Counted from the first letter of the stretch, positions 49,494 through 62,629 are shown. The stretch is 64,000 nucleotides of DNA from Azolla caroliniana (GCA_043228905.1 JBHGNT010000002.1:18600001-18664000); one strand, 5' to 3'. Numbers and translations are program-made. The notes: generated by a model from the letters alone, not told the origin.

Positions 49494-52400
49494 TGGTGGG
49501 CTAATTTGAGTGGATATGCGAATGTTTATCATGTCTGGTGCTTCTTTTCAGAAGCTTGGTGATGGGAATAACATTCAGGTTTGCACATGATGAAGGTCAC
49601 TTTAATGCCCTTTTACCATGATCTTGAAGTGAAGCTCTACTGCTGAGGATGAAGAATATCATTTTTATTATCCGATATTTTGTGATCTTCTAACATCAAA
49701 GGCATAGTGAAACTGTTAACCACAAAGTATACCTAGGGATCATACTCTTAATATAATGTGGACATTACTTTGTGTATAGGCTGATTTTGGAATTTCATAA
49801 TTCAGCAAGTTAGCTTACAACAACATATGAATAGACTGTCAAGTTATTTTTTGACAAACCTATCGATCTATATTACGTGAAAGAACATTTAAGACACTAG
49901 TTTTAGCATTGATAGATCAGTTCTACGATCATTGAAATATCACCATTAAGATAACTAGTGTTTACATTCCATAAAAGAAAAATGTTTATTTGTCATTTTA
50001 GATATTCAGTTATATCAGTGGGTCTCTATATTCTTGCTTGTACTGAGAAAATACCTGACTTCACCTTTTGATTGATAAATATTTCCCAAATTCCCACTTA
50101 TTTTCCCTTTTAGTTGATCGATATTTCTCATTTGTGAAAAATAAATGTCTCCCTGTTAATTGGATAAAATAGACTACAAAGTTTGTTGATTTGCCCTCAT
50201 ATGTGGCACTAGATATTGTTTATTCGTATGAGTGCGCAAATTTTCTATTCTTTCTAAATTATATTTCACATGGAACATAACATTGACTTCATCCTTACAT
50301 TGTGACCCGACCAATATCGCCCCTCACATCCATCATCGTTGGTATCTCTTGTTAATGGTAGTTCTATCTACTGTGTAACTTCCATTGTCTACCCCCTTCT
50401 CCTCACCATGTCCTATCTTCTATGATTTATAAGTTTCTCTTCAATGAACTTTTCATACATCAACCTTATTATTGTGTGTATATCCACATGGAAAGTTCTG
50501 GTACTTTGGGCATTGTTACAAAAATCATGGGATTAGGCCCTTAACAATTTTTTATCGACCTGTCAAGCGAACTCACTTTTTTCTTTTTTGTCAACACAAT
50601 AACCAACTCCTTTGCCTTTGCCAATCTGCTCAAGCATGTTTTTTTATCTGTGATTCTTTTCTCACCCTAATCCTTTCATCGTTAATGCCTCCCTTTTCAT
50701 CTTTGTTCTACCTTGTATTAGTGAAGGCCACAACCAGTTGTGAGGTGCCAAGAACTTCTCTTCCTCTGCCAAGATTGTGGTTCTCAAACAGTGGGGTTTT
50801 CCTCCTCTTTGGTTTTAACAATGTAGCATGTCCACAGATTGGCGAATTACAAATAGATGTAAACAAACACTTTAGTCAAACCACTTCTTCTATCATCACC
50901 TCTATATCATACATCATCATCAAGAACTTGTGTCGTCTTTTGTTACCTCCCCTTTTTGCTTTTGCTTTCACATTGGGTTGATGACATGTCATTCCAAAAT
51001 CGTGGGATTGCATGCGCTTTGGGATAGATGCCATTCCAAAACTAAGAGGATGTGAGAGGAATGGACAATCGAGGTGTACATAATGACAAATATGGACAAA
51101 ATAAATATATATGGGTTTAGAACAGGGAAACAATTGAGAGTAATCCAATTTAACTCAAATAAAGTTCAAGATCTGTGTGAACATGAAGATATTAATCCTA
51201 AGATGAAGAGACAATAGTGGACGATTATAAAAATTTGTGGATTATAGTTTAACAACCAGGTTTACGATAATTAGGTGAGAGATAAGTAAAAGATATTAGG
51301 AAATAGCTTGGATAATTTTGGTCTGAGCATGCATTTGGATCCCCTCACAAGATTAATCCTTAAAGATAGCTAATCATGTTAGCACTTAATGATTTCTTGC
51401 AAGTCAATCAGGCAATGATCTCACCCCATCTCAAATACCACATCCCAGAGAAAACATGGGACGAGTCTTGACACATGGAAGAAAGTAAAATGGGTTGTAT
51501 TTAGAGATGTTAAGGTCATTATGATAAAAAAAGGAGCCATGTTATGGTGTATAGACTATGAGACCGTATGCATGACTATATAGAATTGCCATGTCTCTCT
51601 AAGGACAAATGGTGGGACCCCATCTCAAATAGCACATCCTAGAGAAAACATGGGACAAGTGCTCGGCACAATGTGGAAGAAAGGAAAATGTATTTAGAGA
51701 TAGTAAGGTCATTATTATAAAAAATGGAACCATGTTAAGATGTACGGCCTATGAGACCTTATGCATGACTATATGGAATTGCAATGTGTCTCTAAGGACA
51801 AATGGCAGAACCCATCAATGCATTGGTAGTGAACTCCATAATGTACAATGATACTGATGGGATTCGGTGTGTCGTTCCCAACCACAGATACCAAGGAGCA
51901 CTAGAGGCTTTCAAGGACTCCCATGTATTGTTCAAAAAAGAGCTTCGTAATAGAGTGCATCTTGTGCATAAAGATGTAGATGCGCATTATATGTGGATAT
52001 GAATCTAAGAGGGGAACTAAGGGAATTGTACATTGCAATTTTCTACTTTTCACCTACGTAGTCGAGGTTTGCACCTCTTGGAGGACAACTATATCGACCA
52101 ATATATGCCAATATTATAAGCCTCACTACTATGCGAGATATAGTAGTATTAGGAGTCTTCAATTTGTGAAGCAATGTGTGAACTATGCTTGACACTAGTG
52201 AGGCTATCTATGGAGAAATTATTGTAGAATAATTTTCTTTAAAGCAATGGACTCAAGATATGGCTAAAGTAACAAAATATGGCAAAGACTGTCTAGCCTT
52301 GGTGAATCCACATGGATTTGTGATATAATGATTTGTTCCGGTAACCATAATACATGGTTTGGCATGTAATCCAAAAGGACATGCAAGCAAATTGGATTAC

Positions 52401-54970
52401 TTATATCCGAAATGTCTTATATCCGAAATAATAGAGTTCTCTACGATTGGTTGCAGACCTATTACATTGGAAGGAAATCATGCATAAGTACACTTTGAGA
52501 TGAAGGATGGATGCAAACGGAAGATAATTTATCTATGTAATTGAGTATATAATGGCATGCTAGAATCGGATCCGTTCACACAGGCTTGTGAAAGTCAAAG
52601 GCAATGGACACGAGCTTGTTCAAGCTATACAAAATAGTTGGTATGATAAGGCAGTCATGATACAAGGAGATGCTTGGAAATATGGAGTAACTTAGAGGAT
52701 ACACACAAACAAGCATAAGCAACCTTCCAATGCCTCATACGGAAGAAGAAGAGATCATATTTAGCTAAGTATGAACCACATCTGTATCTCTTATTCTTAA
52801 GGAAAGAGAGTAAAGGACCATGGAATATGTTTAATGAGAGGCAACCTACCACACAATTGACCTCACCTTAGGTGTGGTATGAATATGAAAAGGCATGCCC
52901 ACATGGATCACTCACATGTGAATCCAGCCTTTTTACTCCAGAATATGTAAGAAACAACATTGATTGTTTACAACTTGGGAAGGCCCAATATCATAATGGA
53001 TTGTTAGGTGACGACTTTATCTACGCCAATGACAACTTGCTCTCATTGTTAGCACACATTTGCAAGAGCTATGCTGGGTAGGACATAACATTGAGCCAAT
53101 ATTCAAGCGTGGAGACCCATGATTCCTATCAATTATAGGAGAACCATGTTTGGCCATTACTTCGTTAAACTATATGGCTTGATCTTGAGTCAGGGTTGAG
53201 TATATGGGCAGCGCAAAACAGTTGTCGTTTAGCTGGATAGGCAGGATTATGGAAAGGATTGACAACGTTTGGTACCCTAATTGAGGAGGACAGAGCCCAT
53301 AATAAGAGGATTTATTCCTACCTAGTGGATTTTTAAAAAGCCTTCAACACTATACCATGTGGTCTGCTCATGTAGTGGTGTCCCTATAGATATGCAATGG
53401 CCTAGAACCTATATTGAATGAATGCATTTCAAGAAAGCGTGGTCGCCAAATGGTTGTTGGAGGCTAGGGCTAGTACAATTGAAGTAAAACAAGGATGGTC
53501 ACTGCCACCAAATCTCCTTGGTCTCTACATTAATGAGGTATTGCATTACATGGGAAGGTTCGGGGATTCGGGATCAAGCCTAATAGGTATAGCCATACAA
53601 AAACTACCATATGTTAATAATATTGTGTTGATCTCTAACATTACACAGGGACTATAAAAACATCTAAAGGCCGCAAAAGTATTTTTTACGAACAAAGGTT
53701 TGTCAGTACACAGATAAATCTAAAGAGATGATGTTAACATCACTCAAGCATGAGTAACAACATTACAGCCATAAAATTCTCAGGAGGGGAAAAGATGGCA
53801 TACACACGATCCGATAAGACTAAGATTCACAAGGGCTCAGTTGTCTTGATGGGAGGTTGCTTGTGCTTGACTTTCTTGTGGATTTGTAAATCTTATGCAA
53901 TTTGCAAATTGGCAGTTCTAACAGACACAAACTAAATTGTGACTATTTGATACACTTGTAGCACCAACTCTTCTCTATGGGAAATATTCGAATGTATCTA
54001 GTTCAGGAACCTTCTAGACTGTGATATTGTTGAATCAAACTTCATAGGAAGACTGATGTTTGTCTCTTTAAGGATTCCTTGAGTTCCCTTTCCTTCTTGT
54101 TGTAGACATGATAGTCGCTACAAACTCCTCGTGTTGTTGTTTCTTCTCAATGGTAATTTGTTGAAGATCACCCAATAGGCATTGATTTTCTTGTTCCATC
54201 ACCATGGAATTTCAGCACCATGGAGAGAGGGAAAAGAAATAGATTATAACAAAAGGGAAGAGTGCAAAGGATAGGAATATGCGAATGGTGGGCTAATTTG
54301 AGTGGATATGCGAATGTTTATCATGTCTGGTTCTTCTTTTCAGAAGCTTGGTGATGGGAATAACATTCAGGCTTGCACATGATGAAGGTCACTTTAATGC
54401 CCTTTTACCATGATCTTGAAGTGAAGCCCTACTGCTGAGGATGAAGAATACCATTTTTATCATCCGATATTTTGTGATCTTCTAACATCAAAGGCATAGT
54501 GAACCTGTTAACCACAAAGTATACGTAGGGACCATAGTCTTAATATAATGTGGACACTACTTTGTGTATAGGCTGATTTTGGAATTTCATAATTCAGCAA
54601 GTTAGCTTACACCAACATATGAATAGACTGTCAAGTTATTTTTTGACAAACCTATTGATCTATATTACATCAAAGAACATTTAAGACAGTAGTTTTAGCA
54701 TTGATAGATCAGTTCAACGAGCATTGAAATATCACCATTAAGATAACTAGTTGGCTTCTAAAAGAGGAACACAACCATCTTGCAATGTTGCTGTCTACAT
54801 TCCATAAAAGAAAAATGTTTATTTGTCATTTTAGATATTCAGTTATATCAGTGGGTCTCTATATTCTTGCTTGTACTGAGAAAATACCTGACTTCACCTT
54901 TTGATTGATAAATATTTCCCAAATTCCCACTTATTTTCCCTTTTAATTGATCGATATTTCTCATTTGTGA
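49494..54970 (+). repeat. ~650-bp near-identical duplication (49494-50137 and 54286-54970)
   Basis: TGGTGGGCTAATTTGAGTGG...ATATTTCTCATTTGTGA occurs twice; the second copy has an extra ~40 bp near 54752-54796. Confidence 0.95.
51200..53985 (+). mobile_element. Degenerate RTE-like LINE (endonuclease and RT), including a ~190-bp tandem duplication at 51425-51805
   Basis: EVKQGWSLPPNLLGLYINE, YVNNIVLIS; collinear with the LINE at 59680-61200. Confidence 0.75.
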
Positions 54971-57900
54971 GGAATGTCTTTGTTTACACTTCTTTGCCCT
55001 TTTCTCTATGAAATCCTCTTTTCCTTGTGCACCCATTGATTCAACAAGAAACAATTTTTACTATAGTTAGTTACCCACGCCCCAAACGATTTGTCACAAC
55101 ATCATGAATTATTATTATTTTTCCTAAGTCACATTGATTGTGATGAGTTAGTTAGCCTCTTATTAGTTCACGCATCCACATAACTTTCTTAATTATGCTT
55201 GATAAAAGAGGTTTTGGCTTCAAAGGCTTCCAACTCATGTTTCAGCTATGATTATTCTGTATGATATGGCAATGTTGGAAAGCTTTGAAATTGATGTACA
55301 AGATACCATTTTGTAAAACAGTTGCAATAATGTACACACCAATGACACAAGTCTATATATTTAGCTTGATCCCAATTACATTCCCAATAGTGCTATTTTG
55401 GCCGTTACAAAGTGCGTCAATTCTATCTACACTAATTCTGCTGGTTGTGGAAATTGCTATTTAAACTCCTATTGCTAAGAAAATGGTTCATACATGTGTA
55501 TGGTGGGCTATTGTATTGTAGCATATTAAAGTTTATCTCAATTTCAATCTCAAAAAGATAAAGCCATTAGGATGAAGGGAACTGTGGATGTGAACATCTC
55601 ATAACGGCTAATAACCAATAATGTAAATAGTAATTATGGAAAGTTCAAAGCTAGAATTTGAGCATGGCACGCTTTCAAAGTCATAGTTGCAGGTTAATAT
55701 GCTATATCATGTGGTCTCCCAATTTTGAAGAATATACCTATACAATCTTTTAATCAGTGAAAAATCCTATAAGAATACTATCTCTTCTTAAAGATCTTTC
55801 AAGTAAGTAGACACACATATGAATCCTTGCAGGTTAATCAAATTGAATGAGGAATTGTTGCTTGATAACCATAAAATATTGGCTCCAGTTTGAGCAAACA
55901 TGACATCGAAATAAGTATTGCCGCCATGTATGGATTACTACCAGGCTGATCCAGCATAAGAAAACTGTTTTCATTTATAACCAGAGCTTAACTTGATTTT
56001 CGAAACTCGAGCTTCCAAATATTCACAAATTATATTTGCGAAAAATCCAAAACATCAGGGAATCTCTATAAAATTGTTTTATTGTTTGATATTTCTGGCT
56101 TCACATGTTACAGTTATCGACTAATCAAGGTAATTAGTAATTCGATCACGACCCCATACTCAGCCTTTAGATCTCACATGTATCTGAAGAACAACTATGA
56201 TTGTTTGGGTATCCAAAGCCTATCAATCAATATAGAAACTTAGAAGTTTTGCAAACTCCTTAGGTATTTAATACTATTATATATTTGCAACTTCCTGCAT
56301 GAACATCTCTACGTTAATCCTACTTTATTATATCTATCCAATGCTTGCTTCTTGTAATGAATGTTATGACATTTACTATTTTTCACCCCTCAAGCATTTT
56401 CTACTTTTGCATGTTCTACTACAATGGGAAGTAGAACATGGTAGACCAAAAACGCTATATGTAGACCCCTCCGTGCCTAAGCAAGATTCTGGAATGATAA
56501 AACAAATATATATTTTGAGCAACTGCATCGGGATATTAAAATTATGGTAGTATAATGTGGAGATAAACATGCATTTCTTAATTTTGTAGCAAAAACTAGC
56601 TTTAACATTTTTCTGTAGGTAAATATAATGATATAACTAGGAGAGACAGTATTATGAATTGGCTACTAATGATGGGAAATAAATGAAAAGATTAAGAGAA
56701 GTAACAGTTTTGAGTGTGTGTAGAAACATCAGGTCGACCAACCCTAAGAGGAGGACCAGAGATGAGCGTAGAAGCCTATCCCTAAATTAATGCCACAGAA
56801 GTTCAGATGGATACAAATCCTTATCATTAGAGATGTGGCTCACCAACACCATCTCAAAGATGGATGGCGTAATGAAGGGAGTATCTAGTCCGCCTGACAT
56901 AGATCAATCAACTCCTTAGGCTCCTAGATCACCGCATGTTCCCACGTGACAGAGGTCCTTATGATCTGGCGGATATCCTTATTGGCCTCTTTTAGGTTAT
57001 GCCCCCCCAATACACATTTTTAAGCCTTAAATTCATATCCAATAATTCAGTTGCATGGCTGATGCTACTGGTATAATTCAGGGTGCAATATGTTTATACT
57101 AATGCTATAGGAAATTCCATGAAAGCATTCAAAGGTAATTCCATATTTTATGTAAGTCTATTATTAACTAACTGTGCTAATAGATCAACAGATGTAACAA
57201 AATTTCTTGTTGCTCTCTGATTATCAGAACATTTTTCGTTTCTGAAAACTTGCTTCACAGACGAGAAGGTGTGATTCTGATTGAATACTAAGCTAGGAAG
57301 AATTGATGGAATGAGGTAAACAACTTTTTAATCCCTCCCAGAGGGGAACCCTGTATTAGCTATTTTGGGTATTATAACCTTGTATCTTGGATTAATGGGC
57401 ACTACCCCATGCCATTAACGCTAATTTGGTGGGGGTAGACATCATTCATGTTAAATACATATAATTCTCTCTAAGCATGTGAAGTACAGCCTCTCAACAT
57501 CCACCATGGCTAACTTGTATATTCCCTAGTAACTGGTTTCTACTCTCCACAACATAAGAGAACTGCAAGCATGTGAAGCATCCACCATGGCTAACTTCCT
57601 TGTCAGTATGGATTTTTGTTACTAAGTTCCAACAATGCAGTTACATGGTGGAAGCAAAAACAAAAACATTAATGTCAAAACTTGTTGACACTGATCACAA
57701 TTCATTCCCAGTTGACATTGTACACTGCCTAGGATCATTCACATTGACACAACTGAAATGAAAGCCATAATTCCATTGGGTTCATGCTTAATAATTGCTC
57801 ATCTCTACATTTTCCTATACAAAGCGTTGACTAATTTAGATGTTTGTCCATACCTCCCAATATATGGCAGTCAGTCATTAAGGACCCCTTTTGCATGAAC

Positions 57901-58419
57901 TTTGGAGTGAATGGTTTGAATAGTGTGTAACTAACAAATCACTGAAAAGTTACATGATTAATACTTCCACAATGACCCCATTCCATGACAAATGCTATCT
58001 TCTCTTGATCTCTAGGCTATGTGGATTGGCTTCATATAGCAATCGATGAACATGTCTAGGAAGCCATTAGTCTCCAGCCCCACAATTGTTGTGAGAATGA
58101 CATCCATGAAGGGCTGTGGCCCAAAGGGTCACACATTGATTGCATTCGCACAACCTGCCTTTCTTCTCATCGAGGATGGCTGTTGAGCCTACCGGCCCGT
58201 TTCTTATTTTATTGGGCTTATGAATTTGCGAGAATGTACATTATTGATCTTCCTCATTTACTTCTCATGGATGATTTGGAAACCTCTTATACCGCATCTG
58301 TTGAACTGGTAGCTTTTCCTTCAAAGTGAGTTTTGTGTTGATAAAGTTTAGGATTTGGACCCTTCAATATACAGAGTCACATATATATTCATGCCTTCAT
58401 TTTAAAACATCCATCAAAT

Positions 58420-58522
58420 TAAGGTAACATGTATGGTTGACCAAGCCCTAAACCTCCTAAGAGTAAGGTAACATGTATGGCTGAACAAGCACTAATCATC
58501 CTAATAATAAGGTAACATGTAT
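58420..58522 (+). repeat. 44-bp tandem repeat (~2.4 units) beginning at the paralog exon-4 donor
   Basis: TAAGGTAACATGTAT at 58420, 58464 and 58508. Confidence 0.9.
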
Positions 58523-59389
58523 ATTCGATTGAGCAGTATATAGTCTTTTAACTCTCATGACAATGTTGTCTAGAGCTTTACCGACCAGATGTTATCGTCT
58601 TTTCTTTGCTTTGATGTGTATTTCTCACATGTCTTTTCCTTTTATGAGCGTATAAAATAAAATTGCATTATTAGATATTGGAAAATACACATTAGCACAA
58701 AGATTTTGTTGTGAAAGATCTTTCCAGAGCATTAGAACAGCATATCAATGTTTTAAGTAGAAACATATGCATGAAGGCATGTTGCTGCATATAGTGTCTG
58801 GCACATATACTACTAACTTTGGTACTCCTCTAACAACATTGATTTGAGGAGGAAGTCATGTTGGTTAGTGTAGAGATCCAAAGCCCAAAATGTTAGTTGC
58901 TAATAAATTGCTAAATATGTATGTGTATGGAGATATATTGGTACAATTGTCATACAGATTCTTCTCTACACAGTCGAAACCTAGGGACTGAGTTTTAACA
59001 AGACCAAATAGCTTGAAAGTTTTGTAGATATGTCATTTATTCTCAATGATTGCCTGCATGATAAGGAGCAAAGCATCAATGATCCATGATATAATTCAGC
59101 TGAAGATGGGAGCAGCCCCAATGATCATTGAAGCATTATTCCTATTAGTGATTGATGTCCAACAACATTATCAACTTGGATAATGAAGAACATGTGACGG
59201 TAGGAAAATCTCCCACTATAAGGCACTTTTTATTGACATCAGAGGATGGATTCATCTCTGGACCTATTCATTGCGTAGTACAATAGGGCAATGGTAGACC
59301 TCTTAACATCAATTACAGATTGTGGTTAGCAAATATGCACACACACACACACACACATCTTGATGAAAATATTTGCCAATTGTGTTTCC

Positions 59390-61250
59390 AAGGAGCAGAA
59401 ACTGAACTGAAGAACATTCATTTTATCACTCTATTGGTTTTTATGAAATAAGAGGGAGATACCATTGCCTATTTAACCAAGGCCATTTGAATATGAATAG
59501 GACCACCGGTGGTTGGGGCTATGCTTGCTCATATAAGATGAGGAGATTTTCTTTAAACCTACTTTTTTTAGATACTTTCTTGATGTTCAGCTAGGTACGG
59601 AAACATTTTAAAGAGGACTGATTGACTCTTGAAAAGATATGAAGATATATTTGGGACGGCCTAGGATCACGATGGATTGGTTGGTGAGCACTTTATCTAT
59701 GCCCGTGAAAACTTGCTCCCATTGCTAGCACACATTGTTAATAGAGCCATGTGTGAAGGTTTCCCTACTAGATGAACTCAATTTACCATGGTGCCAATCC
59801 TCAAGAGTGGAGACCCCATGATGCGAAGCAACTATAGGACAATCATGATTGGCCATTACTTGGTTAAATTATATGGCTTGATTCTGGAGTCAGAACTGAG
59901 GATATGGGCAACGCGAAATGGTTGTTCAGCTTGATAGGCAGGCTTTTGGAAGGGGTTCACAACTTTGGATCACTTATTGACCCTCCGAGCCCTTGTCGAG
60001 GAGGGTAGAGCCCATATAAGAGGATTTATTGCTGCTTTGTAGATTTCCGAAAAACCTTTGACTTATGCTACGTTCTCGGCTTATGCAAAGGCTAGAAGCC
60101 CCTGGTGTTCCTGCAGACATGCAATGGGGAATCTATGCACTTTATGAATCCGTGTTAGGGAAACTGTAGTCTTCCAAGGTTTGTCAAAGGTGGTGGCTAC
60201 CACAATATGAAGGAAGCAAGGATGCCCACTATCGCCCACACTCTTTGGTCTCTATGTAGATGAGGTATCACATGAAATAGAGGGATTTGGGAGCATGCCT
60301 AGCGGGTATAGCTCTACAAATATTACTATATGCTGATGATTTTGTGTTGATTTCTGACTCTCTAGAGAGACTAAAAAGAACTATTTTGTACTGAAAAAGG
60401 TTTGTCGGTAAACATGGATGATACTAAAATGATGATGCTTAACACCACTGTCAAGCATGGGTAACAAGATTAGCACCAGATTCTTCTTGGGAAAGGAAAA
60501 GGTGTAATACACACGCTCCTGCACATACTTAGGAGTAACATTTATAGGGTCTAGGTTCTCCCGACGGGAGGCAGCTTGTGGCCAAGTTACTCGTGGATAT
60601 GAAGGCCATGGTGCTTTCAAAAGACAATGTGCATATTTGTAGTTCTAACAGCCACGGACTAAGTTGTGGTTATTTGATATACTTGTCACACCAACTCTTC
60701 TCTATGGAGTAGAAACATGGGGATCGAGTCTTAACAGGGCAAATCATTGGAAAGATTTAGAGACACATTTCTTGTCAATGATTGCTTTCATTGTAAGGAG
60801 CAAAACATCAGTGCTCCATGATATAATCCCGACAGAGATGGGAGCAGCCCCTATAATCACCAAGGTATTGTTCCGATTGGTGAGCTATATCCAACGTCTT
60901 TGGGAGCTTCTTAAAGAAAGGTACCCAAGGTTGGCACTTATGTCATCAAGACAAATGGCTGAAAATGGAGACATTCATTGTTGTATTTTGAAATGCAACA
61001 CTGGTTCAAGTCATATGGCATAACCATAAATGCACTATCCCCATTCCAATATAGCTTGGAGCGTTACCATCTAAATATGACCTAAGTGGAATCCGAAGAA
61101 CACTATATTTGTTTTTGTAGTGTCTTTTACGAAATAAGAAAGAGATACCATTGTGGCCTCATTAAACAAGGCTTTGGCCCACTACAAAGTAATGGAATAT
61201 GAGGACCAGCGGTGCCTTGGACTTTTCTTGCTAGATCTCAAGAAACATAA
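59390..61250 (+). mobile_element. RTE-like LINE RT region (degenerate)
   Basis: NYRTIMIGH, CCFVDFRK, QGCPLSPTLFGLYVD, LLYADD, TPTLLYGVETWG. Confidence 0.88.
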
Positions 61251-61657
61251 GTAAAAGTTGTCGAAGGACAACAATATAGCCACACAAACTCATTCATAGA
61301 GAACAATCACAACTTTCTTGAGCTTCATCATCGGTACTAATGCTACAAGTAAATCAAAGACTACACAAATGGGTTATAATATATCTATCTTGAGAATTTT
61401 ACATGTGCCGAAAACCAGATTGTTTGGTCAGTTTTGATCTTATTTACTTTTATATTTACTCAATAATATTTATTGTATGTTGATGTAATCTCTTGTTAAA
61501 AGATGTTAATATTTCTTTCTTTCGTTCTACTAATTTTGTAGTTGATGCAACCAACCAACGCTCTGTACGTGGGTGAAGAAGAAGAAGAAGAAGATGGGGA
61601 GGAGAGTCATGACAATGCTGTGTGCTGATCATGCAGCAAGTTGTTGGAGGAGCTCAC

Positions 61658-62080
61658 ATAATGAGCAGGCTCTGCAACTCAGATGTATTCATTCAATATT
61701 TCACTGCAATTACGATTAGTGAGTAATGAGGTTCTGCAACTCAGGTATATCCATTCAATGTTACTCTGATTACTATTGATGAATAATGAGGATCTGCAAC
61801 TCATATATTCACTCAATATGATTCCAATTACCAATGGTGATTAGGGAGGTTCTGCAACTCAGGTATATATTCATTCAATGTTACTCCGATTACTATTGAT
61901 TATAATGAGAAACTGCAAGTAAGATATATCCACTGAATATGACTCCGATTACTATTGATGAATAATGAGGTTCTGCAACTCAGGCATATTCATTCAATGT
62001 TATTCTGATAACACTATTGGTGAATAATGAGGTTCTGCAACTCAGATATATTTTACTCAATATGACTCCAATTACCGTTG
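61658..62080 (+). repeat. ~60-bp minisatellite x7 (alternating A/B units) derived from the paralog exon-7 donor junction
   Basis: AATAATGAGGTTCTGCAACTCAG(G/A)(T/C)ATAT.CA.TCAAT..(T/G)ACTC..ATTAC.ATTG.TG; a further unit appears at ~63945-64000. Confidence 0.95.
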
Positions 62081-62629
62081 ACGTTAGCTAGATACGTGTG
62101 GTGGCTCTCGAGGAGAGTCAATGATAGTTTGGGTTATATTGGTACCCTACTAACAGTCCCTACTGTCTAGGAGAGTCAATAATCATAGTACCCATGATCA
62201 AGGTGATTGTTCATTTACAGTTAGTCAGCCAAATTGCCTTTCAGTTTCCGTACTTATACCAGGTATTTATTGTCTGAGATGATGGATGAAGTGGATGGGG
62301 AAAGTATGCAATGTCGTCAAATTGTATCATAGGTAAGTGATATGTTTTAAAGTAAGATATGTTTAAACTTACTTTAAAACATATTGTTCCACACAATTCG
62401 ACCACAAGTTGGGTCACACCTCAAAATGGTGTAGAACACTGAGAGTTTTTATTCGATGGAAGTCATTTTATTTGACTATACTTCTACTTTGCTAATGTTC
62501 AAAATAAAGCTTTCAATACGATGTCATGTGAGTAAAATACTTCAGCATGGTCTATTGATTGAGTGAATGCATCTTACTTTGAAGTACATTTCGCCATCGG
62601 CATCGGCATTACTATTGCTTATAGCAGGA

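Larger units (their letters stand above)
45787..61682 (+). pseudogene. Degenerate head-to-head paralog of the MIKC MADS gene (MADS core deleted, K exons disrupted)
   Basis: Collinear exon homologs: E1 45787-45941 (..GRREIRR..KLHRFANPR), E2 46070-46133 (HLEDM..HS|GTGAGTCCTC), E3 ~56619-56707, E4 pieces 57261-57315 and ~58404-58423, E5 58849-58891 (EEVMLVSVE), E7 61542-61682 (LMQ..GEEEEEED..ALQLR). Confidence 0.85.

Noticed and set aside
50472-50981. 169-aa ORF
   Set aside because: Non-ATG start, Phe/Leu/Ser-rich shadow-type composition and no recognisable domain.
58974-59025. Possible paralog exon 6 after ctacacag
   Set aside because: The position fits, but similarity to [14 protein letters not shown] is too weak to call by eye.
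61658-62080. CRISPR-like regular array
   Set aside because: The inter-repeat segments are homologous to each other rather than unique spacers, there are no cas genes, and the context is eukaryotic; it is a minisatellite.
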